Positions 1 through 12,769 of a DNA stretch of 49,858 bases are shown piece by piece. The translations under genes were made by a program, and so were the position numbers. The stretch is from contig ADNK01001098.1 in the NCBI GenBank assembly GCA_000320545.1, positions 1-49,858 of the forward strand, given 5' to 3'. The notes below the pieces were generated by a model. The model was given only the letters and a program-made list of their open reading frames with translations. It was not told where the DNA came from and made no database searches. The number at the start of each line of letters is the position of its first letter. Positions within the stretch are counted from its first letter, which is position 1. Source of the DNA: Bigelowiella natans CCMP2755 (lineage: Eukaryota; Protista; Cercozoa).

Positions 1-66
1 TTTTACCCCCCCCCCCCCCTCCCTGACCCCCTTCCCATGGGGCGATCTGGCAGTTTTTATTTCTAG

Positions 67-2025
67 ATCCCTCGGAGGAATCACCGATCAAGATCATCGA
101 CTTCGGAATGGCAAAGCCCGTCCCCCCCCACGAGTACCACACTATGGTCTGTGGTACCCCCTACTACGTGGCTCCGGAGGTGGCACGAATCGTCTTTGGA
201 GATGTTGATACTGATGATGATAATGATGATGATTGTATCACTTCCCTCCTCCTCCTGAGGCCCGCCTGATGATCGGTGTGCGGTCGGTTGTACTCAGGTG
301 CTCCGAAAGCATGGCTACAACCAGAGTTGCGATCTCTGGAGCATGGGGGTACGTGTGTATAATGAAAACAAAACGGGAGACGACGACGACGATGATGATG
401 ATGACATTCATTATAGTAGCTAGGGATATACCAAGAAAGAGGCCGCACCTCGCATCATAAGTCGTTTTCGCTATCAGCAACAACACCATCATCTTCTTTC
501 CTCCTCCTCCTCCTCTTCCTCCTCCTCCTCCATCACTGTAAACAACAACAACAACAACAACAGGTGATAATGTTCCTGATGCTGTTTGGATACCCACCCT
601 TCCACTCTACGGTGAGAGCGATGATGATGATGATGATGATGATACGCTAATGAATAAGGACCAAACATATTATTGTGTATGTGTGTGTGTGTCATACATG
701 GTTCCCTGAAAGGATTAGTGATATTGATGACGACGTAATTACACGAAATCACCGATGCTCATTGCCCTGTCTGTGAGAAGGATCCACCACCAGTACATCC
801 ATCAGATGCTTGCTTCCGTTCTTCTCACCCCCCCCCCCTCCGATCCGCCGCCCCTTTCTATCCATTCAGCGCAAGAAAGAATCGTCTGCGAACAACACTG
901 AGATATACCGCAAGATAAAGGGCGGGTTCCACAACATGACCAGAGCGGGGTGTGTTCTTCAGCCGCCAAACAAACATACAACAACAAGAAGAACAACGGA
1001 CACTTTCGTACTAACGGCAACAACATCTTCCTTCCACTTGTTTTCAATCCTCTCACATGCAATAGGATAACCCTTGTTTCAATACGTAGTAGTATACTAA
1101 ATAACTACTGCAACCCCGCTGTCTCCTCTGCTGCCTCCCCCCCCCTTTCTTCTTCTAATTCTTCTTCTTCTCCTTCTTGTTCCATGATATAGATACGGAC
1201 CCTGGTTTCCGAGAAACATTCCAGTTTCCGCAGAAGCCAAGTCTGTTGTTTGTAGAGAATTCAAGAGAGAGAGAGAGGGAATGGGGGAGGGGGGCTATGT
1301 GATAACTGCAAAAAGTTCATTCGCCGTTCCCGCCTCAGCTATCATCTTCTCCTCCTCCTCCTCCTCATCCTCCTCCTCATCATCATCAGGGAGCTGATGG
1401 CGTCGCTGATGGAAATGGATACGTCGAAGAGAATCACAGCGGAGGAGGTCATATTCGCTACTCATAAACCTCATTGCGTGGTGCTCCCTATCCGCCATCC
1501 CCCCCTCCCCCCCCTCCTAATGCTTTTGGTGTTGTTATTTTCTATCATTATTATCATCATCATCCTGGTCTAGGCCTTGCATCATCCGTGGTTCAAGAAG
1601 GCAATGAATATGGAGGACTCCGTGCTTGACGCAAGGGTTCTCCATAGCCTCAGGGACTTCAGGTACTAGAAGCAGCATTATGCAGAGTAGAATTAGCAGT
1701 AGCAGCAGCAGCGGTAGTAGTAATAGTAGTGCCTGCTCACAAGTTGTGATTCGATATTCAAATCGCCCCCCCCCGACTCGTCCCAATACCCCTCTCTCCC
1801 CATACAGGAAGACCACCAAATTCAAACACATGTTGCTGAGCGCGCTCGTGACTCATATCGACGAGAAGGACAGTGAGATGCTAGAAAAGGTGGAGGGGGG
1901 TTGGGGGGGGGTATTCGTTTATTCTGCACAAAAATAATAACAGCAGCGTATATGCAATCTTTAGTAGGGCGATAATGATCGTAAATGTGGTGTACAGGAG
2001 GGGAGGGAGGGAGATGCGGAAAAGC

Positions 2026-2067
<42 letters not shown>

Positions 2068-2182
2068 GGGGGGGGGGGGGGATGTCAATTATGAATCAAT
2101 TTTTTTAAGATGAGAGAGGAAATAGGCCTTGCAGCATGCACTCTCAAGATGGTACTAAATCGTGTGTGCGTGTGTGCGTGTG

Positions 2183-2215
<33 letters not shown>

Positions 2216-3019
2216 TTTGGGCATCGTTTCGCTAGGTTCTGAAGCAGATCGATACGAACGATGACGGTAAGCTATGTATCTTCTAATTCCATCCACCACC
2301 GAAATGAGTTACTAGAGAGAGAATACGGTGGTGGTGGTGGTGGTAGCACTGCGTTGTCGCCGATGTGAAGAAAAACACAAATTCTGCCAAGATTTATTTC
2401 ACACCATCGCTTCATTTTGTCAGGGTACATCAGCGTAAAAGAACTCGAGGATGCCTTTAAGGTATACTTGTGTACGTGTGTTTGTTTTTGTGCGCGCATG
2501 CGCGCGCGTCGCAACGTTTTTGTGAGGTAGCTGATCGACTTTGTTGCTTCTTCCTTGCTTTCTGCTGTGATTTGATTTGATTTTGATTATCATCAGGATA
2601 CCATTGCTACAAATGACATTGAGCGAATAATAAAGATGGCTGATATTGAGGTCCCCCCCCATCCCCCCTGTGCATGAGGAATTGTAGCGTTAAAGTGTGA
2701 AAATCGTGCGGTCGCTCTGAGAGAAAAGCCGCTGGTGACGAGTGCGTTTTCCTGTCGGATGTTATTCTGTGAAGAGATATTATATCACCATCCTGACCCC
2801 TGCACAATCACTACTGCCACGACAGCGAACGACTTTCATCTCGATGACAACGACTAAGATCTCCATCATCATTCATTGGTCGATTCATCATATTATGGTG
2901 TTCTCCGTCAGGGTGATGAGGTCATCTCGATCGAAGAGCTTTCTATGGTGTACCTGGATAGAAAGGTAGTAGAAGACGATGCTTGGCAGCGAATTGTTTG
3001 GACTTCCATTCGATTCGTT

Positions 3020-3069
<50 letters not shown>

Positions 3070-3685
3070 CCCCCGTTCCCTCTGCTAATAATCATCCGTA
3101 TCTTTACTCGAATTGTGCATATAAATGATGGTGGTGGCCTGAAGCCAGTCATTAAGCTTTGTTCTTGGAAGCGGAGTACTAGATTGAAGGGAGGGGAGAA
3201 CAGTGACGAATCATGAGTTCCCGCCCACATCTCTAATGAGGAGGAATGAACCATTTTTTTTGTTTTTCCCTCCTTCCTCCTCCTCCTCCTCTCTCCCTTT
3301 TTCCTTTTTTACCTCCACCACCGCCACCAGGTCTCACAGAAGGAGGAGAGGCTATGGCAAGCCTTCACGAAGCTCGACAAAACAGGTTGTGCAGTTCTTA
3401 CTGATGACGCTCTGCTTGTTCTCTCTTCTCCTACCAGTCTAAAGTAGCAATCAACCCGTTTGTTTCTCATTCTTCTCGTCGGCCTATCATCACCGAACTG
3501 CTTCTAGGCAACATGAAGCTGTCGTTTGATGACATAAAGAAAGCTCTCACGGACACGAGGGGCGTCGTTCCGTGGTCGGACTCCGAGATCGAGGAGGCAT
3601 TCAAACAGGCTGATCTCGACGGGGTAATGCTAGTTCATACAAATGTGTTGGTTCTTGCCGTGTGCGCATGCATGCGTGTGTGTGA

Positions 3686-3725
<40 letters not shown>

Positions 3726-4418
3726 TTAAAATCTGGCTACAACGTGTAAATGGGTGTATTACATGTGAATGTCCTATCCGAAGATATCGGTGGTTGGTTG
3801 TCCAAGTCAAATATCACCAGCGTGTGTGCCTCGTGTGTCGCCCCGGCGCGCTGTATGTTGACTAACATCACTATACTACACTCACAGAACGGCCATATCG
3901 ACTACGACGAATTTTTGTTCATTTGGGATTCGAAGAACGCCCCGCCAAGAAGAAATTCTTACGCTCACAGGGTGAGTTTCTCGTCACCAAAAGACTTCAG
4001 AACGACTTGTATCTCGGGGTGATTTTCGTTATTGTTGTTGTTGTTGTTGTTGTTATAAATGTCTTGTATACACCTATGTTTTTTTGTCCTGCGGAACGGA
4101 AATCATAGCTATTAAATATTCTACCGATCCCCGATACGGCAATACATACATAGCGAATTGAATGATTTTTGGTACAATTCCGCTTGTGGTGTTTCTCCTC
4201 CTCCATCCTCTCCTAACGAGCTTATGTCGTGGATCATCCATTGTTGTTACTACGCCTGTTGCATTCAGGTGAAGACTTCTAGGTCGCAATCGTCGTTCGC
4301 TCGCCCTCAGCCTGTTGATCATCCAGATCTAACACCTGATAATTCTAGTGACAGAAAGGAACGTTCTGAAAGACCAGCTCGCAAAGTTCTTCAGAACGCG
4401 AGCAAACCAGAGGGCTAA
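67..4418 (+). CDS. Calcium-dependent protein kinase (kinase C-lobe, junction and 4 EF-hands); multi-exon, 5' part lies upstream of the window
   Basis: About 16 GT-AG exons splice to IKIIDFGMAK..VCGTPYYVAPE | VLRKHGYNQSCDLWSMG | VIMFLMLFGYPPFHST ... KRITAEE | ALHHPWF..VLHSLRDFR | KTTKFKHMLL. EF-hand loops follow: DTNDDGYISVKE, DIEGDEVISIEE, DKTGNMKLSFDD, DLDGNGHIDYDE. Stop TAA at 4416-4418. Confidence 0.95.
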
Positions 4419-5199
4419 ACTAATATCGAATGAGCTAGCCCGTTTTCCCTCAATATCCAGAGCTAGTTTGTTATCCGCTGCTAGTAGATGTCAACTCTCC
4501 GTTATGTGAACGATCGCGGAGAGAGGGGAAGGAAGAAGCAAATAAAAACAATGTTTTGCAGCAGAAATCGACAGGCCATTTGAACCGGCCCAGAGAATGG
4601 ATGAGTTACGGGCGAAGTATATTACCAGATTTTTCCCGACTAGATTTAAAAGCCGTTGCTTTATCTAGTAATTCTAATAAGCTACGAAAACATTAAGTCG
4701 TTTTAAGTTATAATAAAGCGTCAGTCATTATGGCATCACTGAACAACATACGTGTCTTTACTGATGATGATGCGCTACGACATACATGTAAGCATCTTCG
4801 ACATGCTTAGTCGGTCAGTCTGCTGATTGCGTGCATCTACATACACTATACATTATGCCCATTATATGGTTTTCGTGCTGATCGTAGAACATTGAGTGAT
4901 GATCTTCATGATAATTAGCATGTTAGGCGTAAATTGCTTCATTTACTTTGCATCTGCAAAAGTTGAAATATAAGCTTCATTGCATTGCAAAGAGACACGA
5001 GGACTCGCACGGGCGGAATGTTGCATTGCGAGCAAAATCATGGAAATGCTTTTGCAAACATGAAACATGGCTACAACAGCTGATCGATGGATCAGAAACT
5101 GTTACTATTTCTTTCAATCTATGAATGCATTTTCATTGCAGAACTTTTTTGTTTCTTTTTCTTTTGCAATAAGATAAACCAATTCCTTTGCACAAAGCT

Positions 5200-6553
5200 T
5201 AATTCTAACTTCAATTAGTGGACTTTCGATGCATGCAATGTCGGCCATGTACCCACTAATGAGTGCTGACAAAGTAAGTTCATTTTGAATCCCATTAGTT
5301 ATTACTTGTATGCAATTAAAAATTTCAATCTATCGTTGCTAATGATATTCTAGTATTACTTTCCTGTCGTTGGCACTCAATATTCATGCGATCCGCAGTG
5401 CCTTTAATTTGGAGGAGAAGATCACGCCTTCGCTTACATCTTACATATAGTTTCTGTATCAGGAAAACATGATGAGTATTTGAAAGCATAGAATTTGCAA
5501 TCAATACAAAGATTTGTATCAATAATAAATACTTGATATTGTGCTTGCATTGCCGAACAAGATGATGATCCAACAGTGAGATGTAGGTTACGTTTATTGA
5601 TACTTCTGGGATCAAGATTAGTTAAGATTACCTAGAAATGCGGAGGAAAAATAAGCGACGTGCAAAATTCTGAATTGTTTTTTGTGTCATTCGATGCGCA
5701 AGAGCAATTAGATGAACACGCTATACTTTAATTTCTATCTTTGCGCATGAGATTAGATATCAAAGAGAGCACATGCTTCGAATGAAGGTTAGATATGCAA
5801 TTAAGTCAACAATAGCATAAAGTGATACAGATTTGACTGTCAATAACGCAGCATCTCACTCGACCTTCGTAATTCCTAACTATAATTTCCCCTTTCTAAC
5901 TCTTCACCTTGAATATCGTGTTCACTTTGATTAACAAGTCCCTTGACGGCTGTCTGTATCAAACGAGGGAACTTGGTTTATGCGCTGTGGTCTCTTTCCG
6001 ATGCGAGTACGAACGGTCAGATCATAATGCGCCACCGTGCCTCTCCGTTTCTCCCAAATTGAAGCAGAATTCATCCTGCGCCATAACAATCGCCGTGTCG
6101 CAGGAAGAAAAAGACACGGCCAATGAACTAACCTGCTGCCAACGATAAATGGTGTCGTAGATCTACGTGTTAGTATTCATTCCGTTATTTCCGTTGAAAG
6201 CGTTTTTATTAATTTTAAGAAAACAAAGAGCGGCTCAGAGGTGAGTTTCGGACATAAAATATGCCAGAACTATCGTAGAAATCGATCTGCAAGATGGCAC
6301 TAGATGCTTAAGTTTCTTTTAGCATTTGGTGGTTGGGAGTTTTGGACAATATCTTACGATATAGCTAGTATGTTTTCTTACCTTGTTTCTGCACCTTTTC
6401 TTGCCCCTGTCGCCCACCTCCTCAAATCCCACATCCACTTGCTTGAAGAAGGGCGTCTGTTGAAAATGTCGATGGGGGCTCGCTGCTCGGTTTACCACTA
6501 ATATACTCTCGAATTTCTAATCCATAGTTTCTCTCTGCTTTCCTCGAATTTCT

Positions 6554-6611
<58 letters not shown>

Positions 6612-6990
6612 CACACACACAAACACATCTTTTTCTCTCTTCTAAAGTTTTCCTCATATCATCGGAGGTCTCAGGTGAGAGTGCATCTTAATCTATTGCA
6701 ATCGCCAGTATTAAATATTATGCTCGAAACTATACTTTATGAAATTGCTTTTATCGATGTACCTCCTGGGATGAAAGCAATGTATGTTATTCAGCGCGGC
6801 GATGCACATTCTGTGGTGCGCCGGAGGAGAAGCAGTTGTTCGCCAGTGGTTGATCGATTGAGAGAAAAACAACTACATCCTTTCATATCAAAATGTTTTA
6901 GAAAATATCTTTGATTTTTGACACGTGTGGTATTACACCTAATGGCTCTGTGGGAATCGTAAACATCATCCGGTACTAAAAACCGCGCTA
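5200..6990 (-). CDS. Probable multi-exon hypothetical gene with short AT-rich introns; boundaries approximate
   Basis: Several clean AG/GT-flanked open segments on the minus strand: TPFFKQVDVGFEEVGDRGKKRCRNK (about 6381-6455), IYDTIYRWQQ (about 6133-6162), NFARRLFFLRISR (about 5632-5669), KLYVRCKRRRDLLLQIKGTADRMNIECQRQE (about 5360-5453). I could not assemble a full model or recognise a family. Confidence 0.4.
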
Positions 6991-7045
6991 CTCTTGCGCA
7001 CAGGGCTCGCGACAGCAAGTTAGGAAAAGGGCAACACGGCCAGCG

Positions 7046-8148
7046 ATGAAAAGCCCCTCAAACCACAACCGCGACGAAGAACGTAAAAGCAGTGGGGACA
7101 AGGACCAGAAAGAAAAAAGTAACGAACATTTTATTCTTGCAAAGTGACACGCTTCTCCCACATTCGATTTTTTATTACAATGAAATTTCTGTGCTGGTGT
7201 TGGAAGATTATCATCCTTGACGTTTATAGGTGATGATGGTCATAACGATGGGCGAGGGAAGGAACTGAAAACTGGAACTTCACCCGCAGAAAATCATGGT
7301 AGGGAGAAGAAAAGTCCCAGAGGAGGTAGATTATGGAGATGATGATGACTCTTCAGCATGCATTTTGAGATAAGGACAATTCAAACGTTTTATTCGTCTT
7401 CCTATGAGAGAAAGAGGCAGGCAACGATGAAATAAGCAACTCATGATTTGTGCTTCTGACTTACCTTTTTTTTGTTCTAGAAAATAATTGCTCTTAGTCA
7501 GATTATTATCTTTTAATCCAAATCCTAGGCTCCTTTCATCATTCAACGTGGGAATGAAGGAAGGAGACGAATGGATAAATAGTGTAAAAGACCTTTTTTC
7601 TCTATGCCTACAACTTATCGTTCTGTGCATACATAGGCTCGCCCATCTCGTTCATTAACAACAAAAGACCGGTCGTAGAATGCACTGATGGAAAACAAGA
7701 AAAAAATGATGAAGAAGAAGAAAAAGGAAGAAAAAGATTTGAAAGCCTGATTTAAGTTTGTTTCGAGAGAAGCCCCCGTTGGTGATGACCGCATTTTTAC
7801 ATTCACACTCTCCAGTCATTAAGTCCGCCTTCTCCGCTTCTCTTTCTCCCCTCCCTTTTCTTATTCCGATTCCTCGATGGCCGCACAACCAGTCAATCTT
7901 CAACGAATTTTTCGTTGAGATGGTGAAAATGTCTGCTGCGAGGGTAATATCGTTACCTGTGGTGATATCTTGCTTGAACTTAGAAAAAAAATCCAATAAA
8001 ACAACATCCATGCGTGCATGGGCAAGCAGCTCGAAAAAAGAATGTGAATACATGTACACAATAATCAAGAACTCGATGGAGTGTAGCGATGCGGTACGAT
8101 ACCAACATAATGCTGTATAATAATCATGCTGTCGTTGTGTATGAATAT

Positions 8149-8189
<41 letters not shown>

Positions 8190-8319
8190 CTGGATGGGGA
8201 ATAGGCGGCATTCCTCGTGTGCGGCCTCCTACTCTTGAACGTGATGGCTTTTGTGATCATATACATGATCGATAAGCGGGACGGCTTTCAACTGGAAGTA
8301 GCATGAGGAGAAGGGGGGG

Positions 8320-8364
<45 letters not shown>

Positions 8365-8900
8365 GAAGAGAAAATGAATTTAGCCACTGAACGAGTAGTA
8401 CTAATCATTATTAACCAGTGTATCCACTCTTCCTATTCCTCTTTCTCCTCCTTCTTTTTAGATCATCATTGTAATCACTATTATAATTACTGGTTTCTTT
8501 CTCGTCCTTCCCTCCCATGATTTCTTGCTCGATTGCTTCCGTTCTATGCGATGCCTCAATGCGTTAGACCAACGACGACGGGCAGCAAAACTCAACTGTG
8601 GGAATCAAGGATATATTCTTGTTCAGGTGCAGTTGCATCATCGATTCTTTACATATGTATGTGTGTTTAAGTGTGTGTGTGTGTGTGTGTGTATTGTCTT
8701 CCTTGTTGAAGAATATTGTTTCCCTCCACATATACAGCTTGGCGACGACGACCACGTTAGGCATATCTCCGGTAGGCGGCAGTATATTATTTACATAAAT
8801 TGTATGATTCCTGTTTTTAGCGGTTTCCTGTCTGTTCTCAACAGTGCTTTGTCCTGCGATATTGCATAAGAAAGACTGACACCTCACACATGCATATAAG

Positions 8901-8936
<36 letters not shown>

Positions 8937-9088
8937 TGAGGGGGTTATAGTAAACAAACAGCCTCGTCGATTCTTTCCCAGCAGCTCACCACTCGGATAA
9001 TCAAACCCAGTCCTGCGCGCCATTTTTATTTGACTTCTCTCTCGCTCTCTCTCTCTCTCGCCCTTTCAAATTATACAGTCTATAACCA

Positions 9089-9125
<37 letters not shown>

Positions 9126-9543
9126 CAAAGAATATATGTATATATATATATATATATATACACACACATATTATAGTATGAATATATCAAAAATAAATAT
9201 TACATATATCAGGCTGTACCTGTGTCCACATTCTCCCTGCTCGTAGCCAACGTCCAGGCCATAGTGGTAATTATGGGAGAGGATCACTACTATACAAAAC
9301 TCTGTGCGGCTGCTGCTGGTGATGATGACGATGATGATTATGATACGGATCATTGCGACCAGGATGAAAAAGAAGAAGAAGATGATGATGATGATGACGG
9401 TGATGATGATGGTGGTGGTAGCTCGCACCCACGCGCGTGTATGTGTGCATTCAAGTTCCAGACATATAGGGAAGAGATCATATCCCTCCCTCACTTACTC
9501 TCCAGTCTCTCTTATCCCCTCCACTCTCTGCTTTCAAGCGCGC

Positions 9544-9574
<31 letters not shown>

Positions 9575-10992
9575 TTCACACATACACGCATGCAAATTTG
9601 TATAGTAGCTGATTAGTACACAATATAGGTCCAAATGCTGCTTGTCTTCGTCACAGGTGCTGGTTTTGTTGTCGTTGTTGTTGTTGTTCTTGTTGTTGTT
9701 GTTGGTGGTGGTGGTGGAGAGTAAATACAATTAATCTCGCCGAATCAATGAATCGTTGGTTATCGCACTTGTATCATACATGTGCCAGAATAAAAAGAAT
9801 CCTCACCCATATTTTTGTTGTATAATATCGTGGTCGCACAGGGGAGGGTAGAGGCGATTTGTAGAGATCACGTATTGATTCTTTTTCCTGGTCTTCTCTC
9901 CCTTCCGCAGGCGTATTTTTTACGCGTTTATCGCAGACAAAGCCGGGGATTGTCGCGGCAAAATACGCCGTCATAGGCGAATTTAATGGTGGGTAGGAGC
10001 GAAGGGGGGAACGGGGGAGAAAGGAGGAGAAAGAAGAGAAGATTCTTCCCTAGTCGATCGGATTTTGTGCATGTATGTGAGTGTGAGTGTGCATTATTTC
10101 ATGATCATTGACCCATCAGGACGGCCTGCTCTAATGGTGCGCTTTCTTTTCCAACAAATCGAAAGTATTAGTAGTAGGAAGAGTAGTAGCAGCTGCAGCA
10201 GTAGTTATCATCGGAGGTGTTGGTGTTGATGATGATGTTGATGATGATTGCGCTGTTGCTGCTGCTGCTACTACTGCTGCTATTTGCTACGAATTCCCCC
10301 AGGGGAGAGGAAGTGCAAACATCACTAATTTCCCCGTCTGTTGGCACGATATCAGCAGTAATTATGCAGTTGCTTGCAGTAGCAGCAGAATCACTAGTAG
10401 TAGCAAAACTACTATCATCAGAAAAGAGTGTAGAATTTTAGAGTGCCAATTGACATCTGGTATCTGATGTTGTGAATATTCGTCAGCCGTGCTAGTTGAT
10501 GTGCGCTTCGCATTGACGTACCAGCGCCAAATACAGCTCGAGAAGGGCGGAAGTTTCTTCAAGAACGATAACTTAGAAGTAGTATCAGCAATAGGAACGG
10601 ACATCATTTTGATGATGATGATGATGATGATGATGCACATCCCTCCTCCCTCCTCCTCCTCCTCCACCACCTCCTCATCTTCCACAGCTCTCTTATTCTC
10701 TCATCTCCCCCCCCCCCCATCTCTCTCACTGATGTAAATGTAAGTACGTGTGTGCCACGTGGGCAACTGCCGTGCGTGCATGCGGGTATTTGTCCTTGCT
10801 GCGGCAACACTTACGGTCTATCCATCATCATCACACTACTTCCATCTGCTGCCTGCTGCTGCTGCTGGCTATTACGCTCTTCTATTAGTTGATGAGACAG
10901 GAGGCGAATCGGTCGCGTGTCGGAGGCACTGTTGTTCATTTCATTGATGAAGACAGCCCTCTGTTCGGGCAGGTGCGTTTGTGAGAAGGAGC

Positions 10993-11027
<35 letters not shown>

Positions 11028-11194
11028 CAAATAGTAGGTCCGAGGTAGAGAACTTGGGGTAACTGTGTTTTTAAGTAATAGTCTTGGCAATAATCACTAG
11101 ATATGAGCTGCGTTGAAGGTCCTCTATACCAAACGCGTACATCTATGTGCGAATATGCACAGTATTGATCTCGTCCCCCCTCCATCCCTCTCGT

Positions 11195-11237
<43 letters not shown>

Positions 11238-11985
11238 TGTTGATGATGAAGATCATAATGGTGAAATACACCGTATAATAACCTTTTGACAGACTGAAGA
11301 GGATTTAAAGGCGACGAGTGTAATTATCTCAAAAGTGTTAATAATATCGATAAGGACGACGATAACATTCACACGATAGATATTATGGGCAACAACACAC
11401 ATTATTTTACGCCCTTCACGAAGAGGGAGGCCAGTGCTTCAACGAGCATTCTCCTTCTCCTCCTCCTCCTCCTCCTCCTCAAATCTACTACGAATTTCTT
11501 CCCTGATTATGAGTACCAGTGATCTTCTTTTTGCTGGTCCTCTCACAGACTGGCATTCATCATCACTAGCTTCTTCATGGTGCTACTGCCTCTCTATCTT
11601 CTTCTTCCTCTTCCTCTTCCACCAAATAGGCCACGTTCCAGCTCGGGATCTTCGGTTCTGAGCGAAGCAGCATGGCGCCTGCAGTGTTCATCCACGATTG
11701 GGAGGTCATTCATTCGACTCTTCACCTCACACCGTGCTATGCTGCTGCTGTATTGTAGCATATATGTGTGCTATTTGGGGCCTCATCATCTATTTTTCTG
11801 TTATGTGTGTGTGTGTGTGTGTGTGTGTGTGGCTGTGGGTGTGCGCGCGTGTGCGAATATCAGGCCAAGCAAGGAGATATAAAACACAATGCGAAATACG
11901 TCGATACGATTTTGGTGATAAATGACAGCTAGACATCATCCAACACTATTCTTGTGTTGGTTTTTATTGCTGTATATATATTATT

Positions 11986-12023
<38 letters not shown>

Positions 12024-12283
12024 GTCGAGGAATGCCATCCTACACGTTGCGCATTGACTGTGTTTTTGTTTCTTTCGTGGATGTTGATTTGTGTGTGTCA
12101 TCGCCATCCTTTCTATTGCTGGTTGTCCTTCTCTTATATTCCCCTGTTTGCCGATATGAAAATAAAAAATAAAAGCGCGAGGCTGGGACTGTGAAAATTG
12201 ATCATGCAAGACTACACCAAGTCGAAATGCTAGACACGACGACGGCGACGGCGAAAACAGAAGGAGAAGGAGGAGGAGATTGA
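7046..12283 (+). CDS. Inward-rectifier (Kir/KirBac-like) channel subunit with a non-canonical selectivity filter; about 18 small exons
   Basis: Spliced product: slide helix SIFNEFFVEMVKMSAAR | TM1 AAFLVCGLLLLNVMAFVIIYMID | pore helix IKDIFLFS | LATTTTLGISP | TM2 AVPVSTFSLLVANVQAIV | VQMLLVFVT | GVFFTRLSQTKPGIVAAKYAVIGEFN | GRPALMVRF | TVLVDVRFAL.. | TVVHFIDEDSPLFGQ | TEEDLKATS | ATFQLGIFG.. | DIKHNAKYVDTIL | TVKIDHARLHQVE. This is collinear with KirBac motifs such as GLVFARF, AVI..DGKPTLMFR and HPID..SP. Stop TGA at 12281-12283. The start ATG at 7046 is tentative. Confidence 0.9.
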
Positions 12284-12769
12284 GCGAGGATAGAAGACAC
12301 CCCTTTTGACCTCCTCTTCTTAGCATTCATTTCATTCTGACACGATAGCACGTGATATGATAAATAAGGTGGAGTGCACACTATGATGATGCCTGCTTTT
12401 TTGTGGAACTTGCTAACTGTAATTGCCTGCGAAAACTATAGTCGTGATGCCAAACTCTTCTGTTTGTTGCAATGACGAAGTAAAAAAAATTATAAAGTTT
12501 TCATTATTTTTACAAGTATAAAATATTACATGCAGCCAACATCCGGCATGATCATCAACGATGCAATCGGCTATGTTTGGCGGCATCGAGCTATATATTA
12601 GAAGCAAGATATGAACAACCGCGCGAAAGCCCCTACTGTTCATGCTGCATATATCATTATTAGTAGCCTTCCATCATGACTCGTGTAGTAGCATGAGCGA
12701 CTGCACTGACAATACTTCGCCAACATGCATTAATATGTCGCGAACGATAAAAGATTTACTAGTTTAGTG

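Noticed and set aside
2028-2081. Many dinucleotide SSRs have nearly the same length (about 30-34 nt)
   Set aside because: More likely collapse of long repeats during short-read assembly than biological length control. It needs long reads to test.
9774-12326. Apparent minus-strand multi-exon gene starting MLRRGGQKGCLLSSLNLLLLLLL with a sulfotransferase-like FYFHIGK
   Set aside because: It is the antisense shadow of the plus-strand Kir gene, whose exons give a continuous family match. The minus-strand model hit stops repeatedly.
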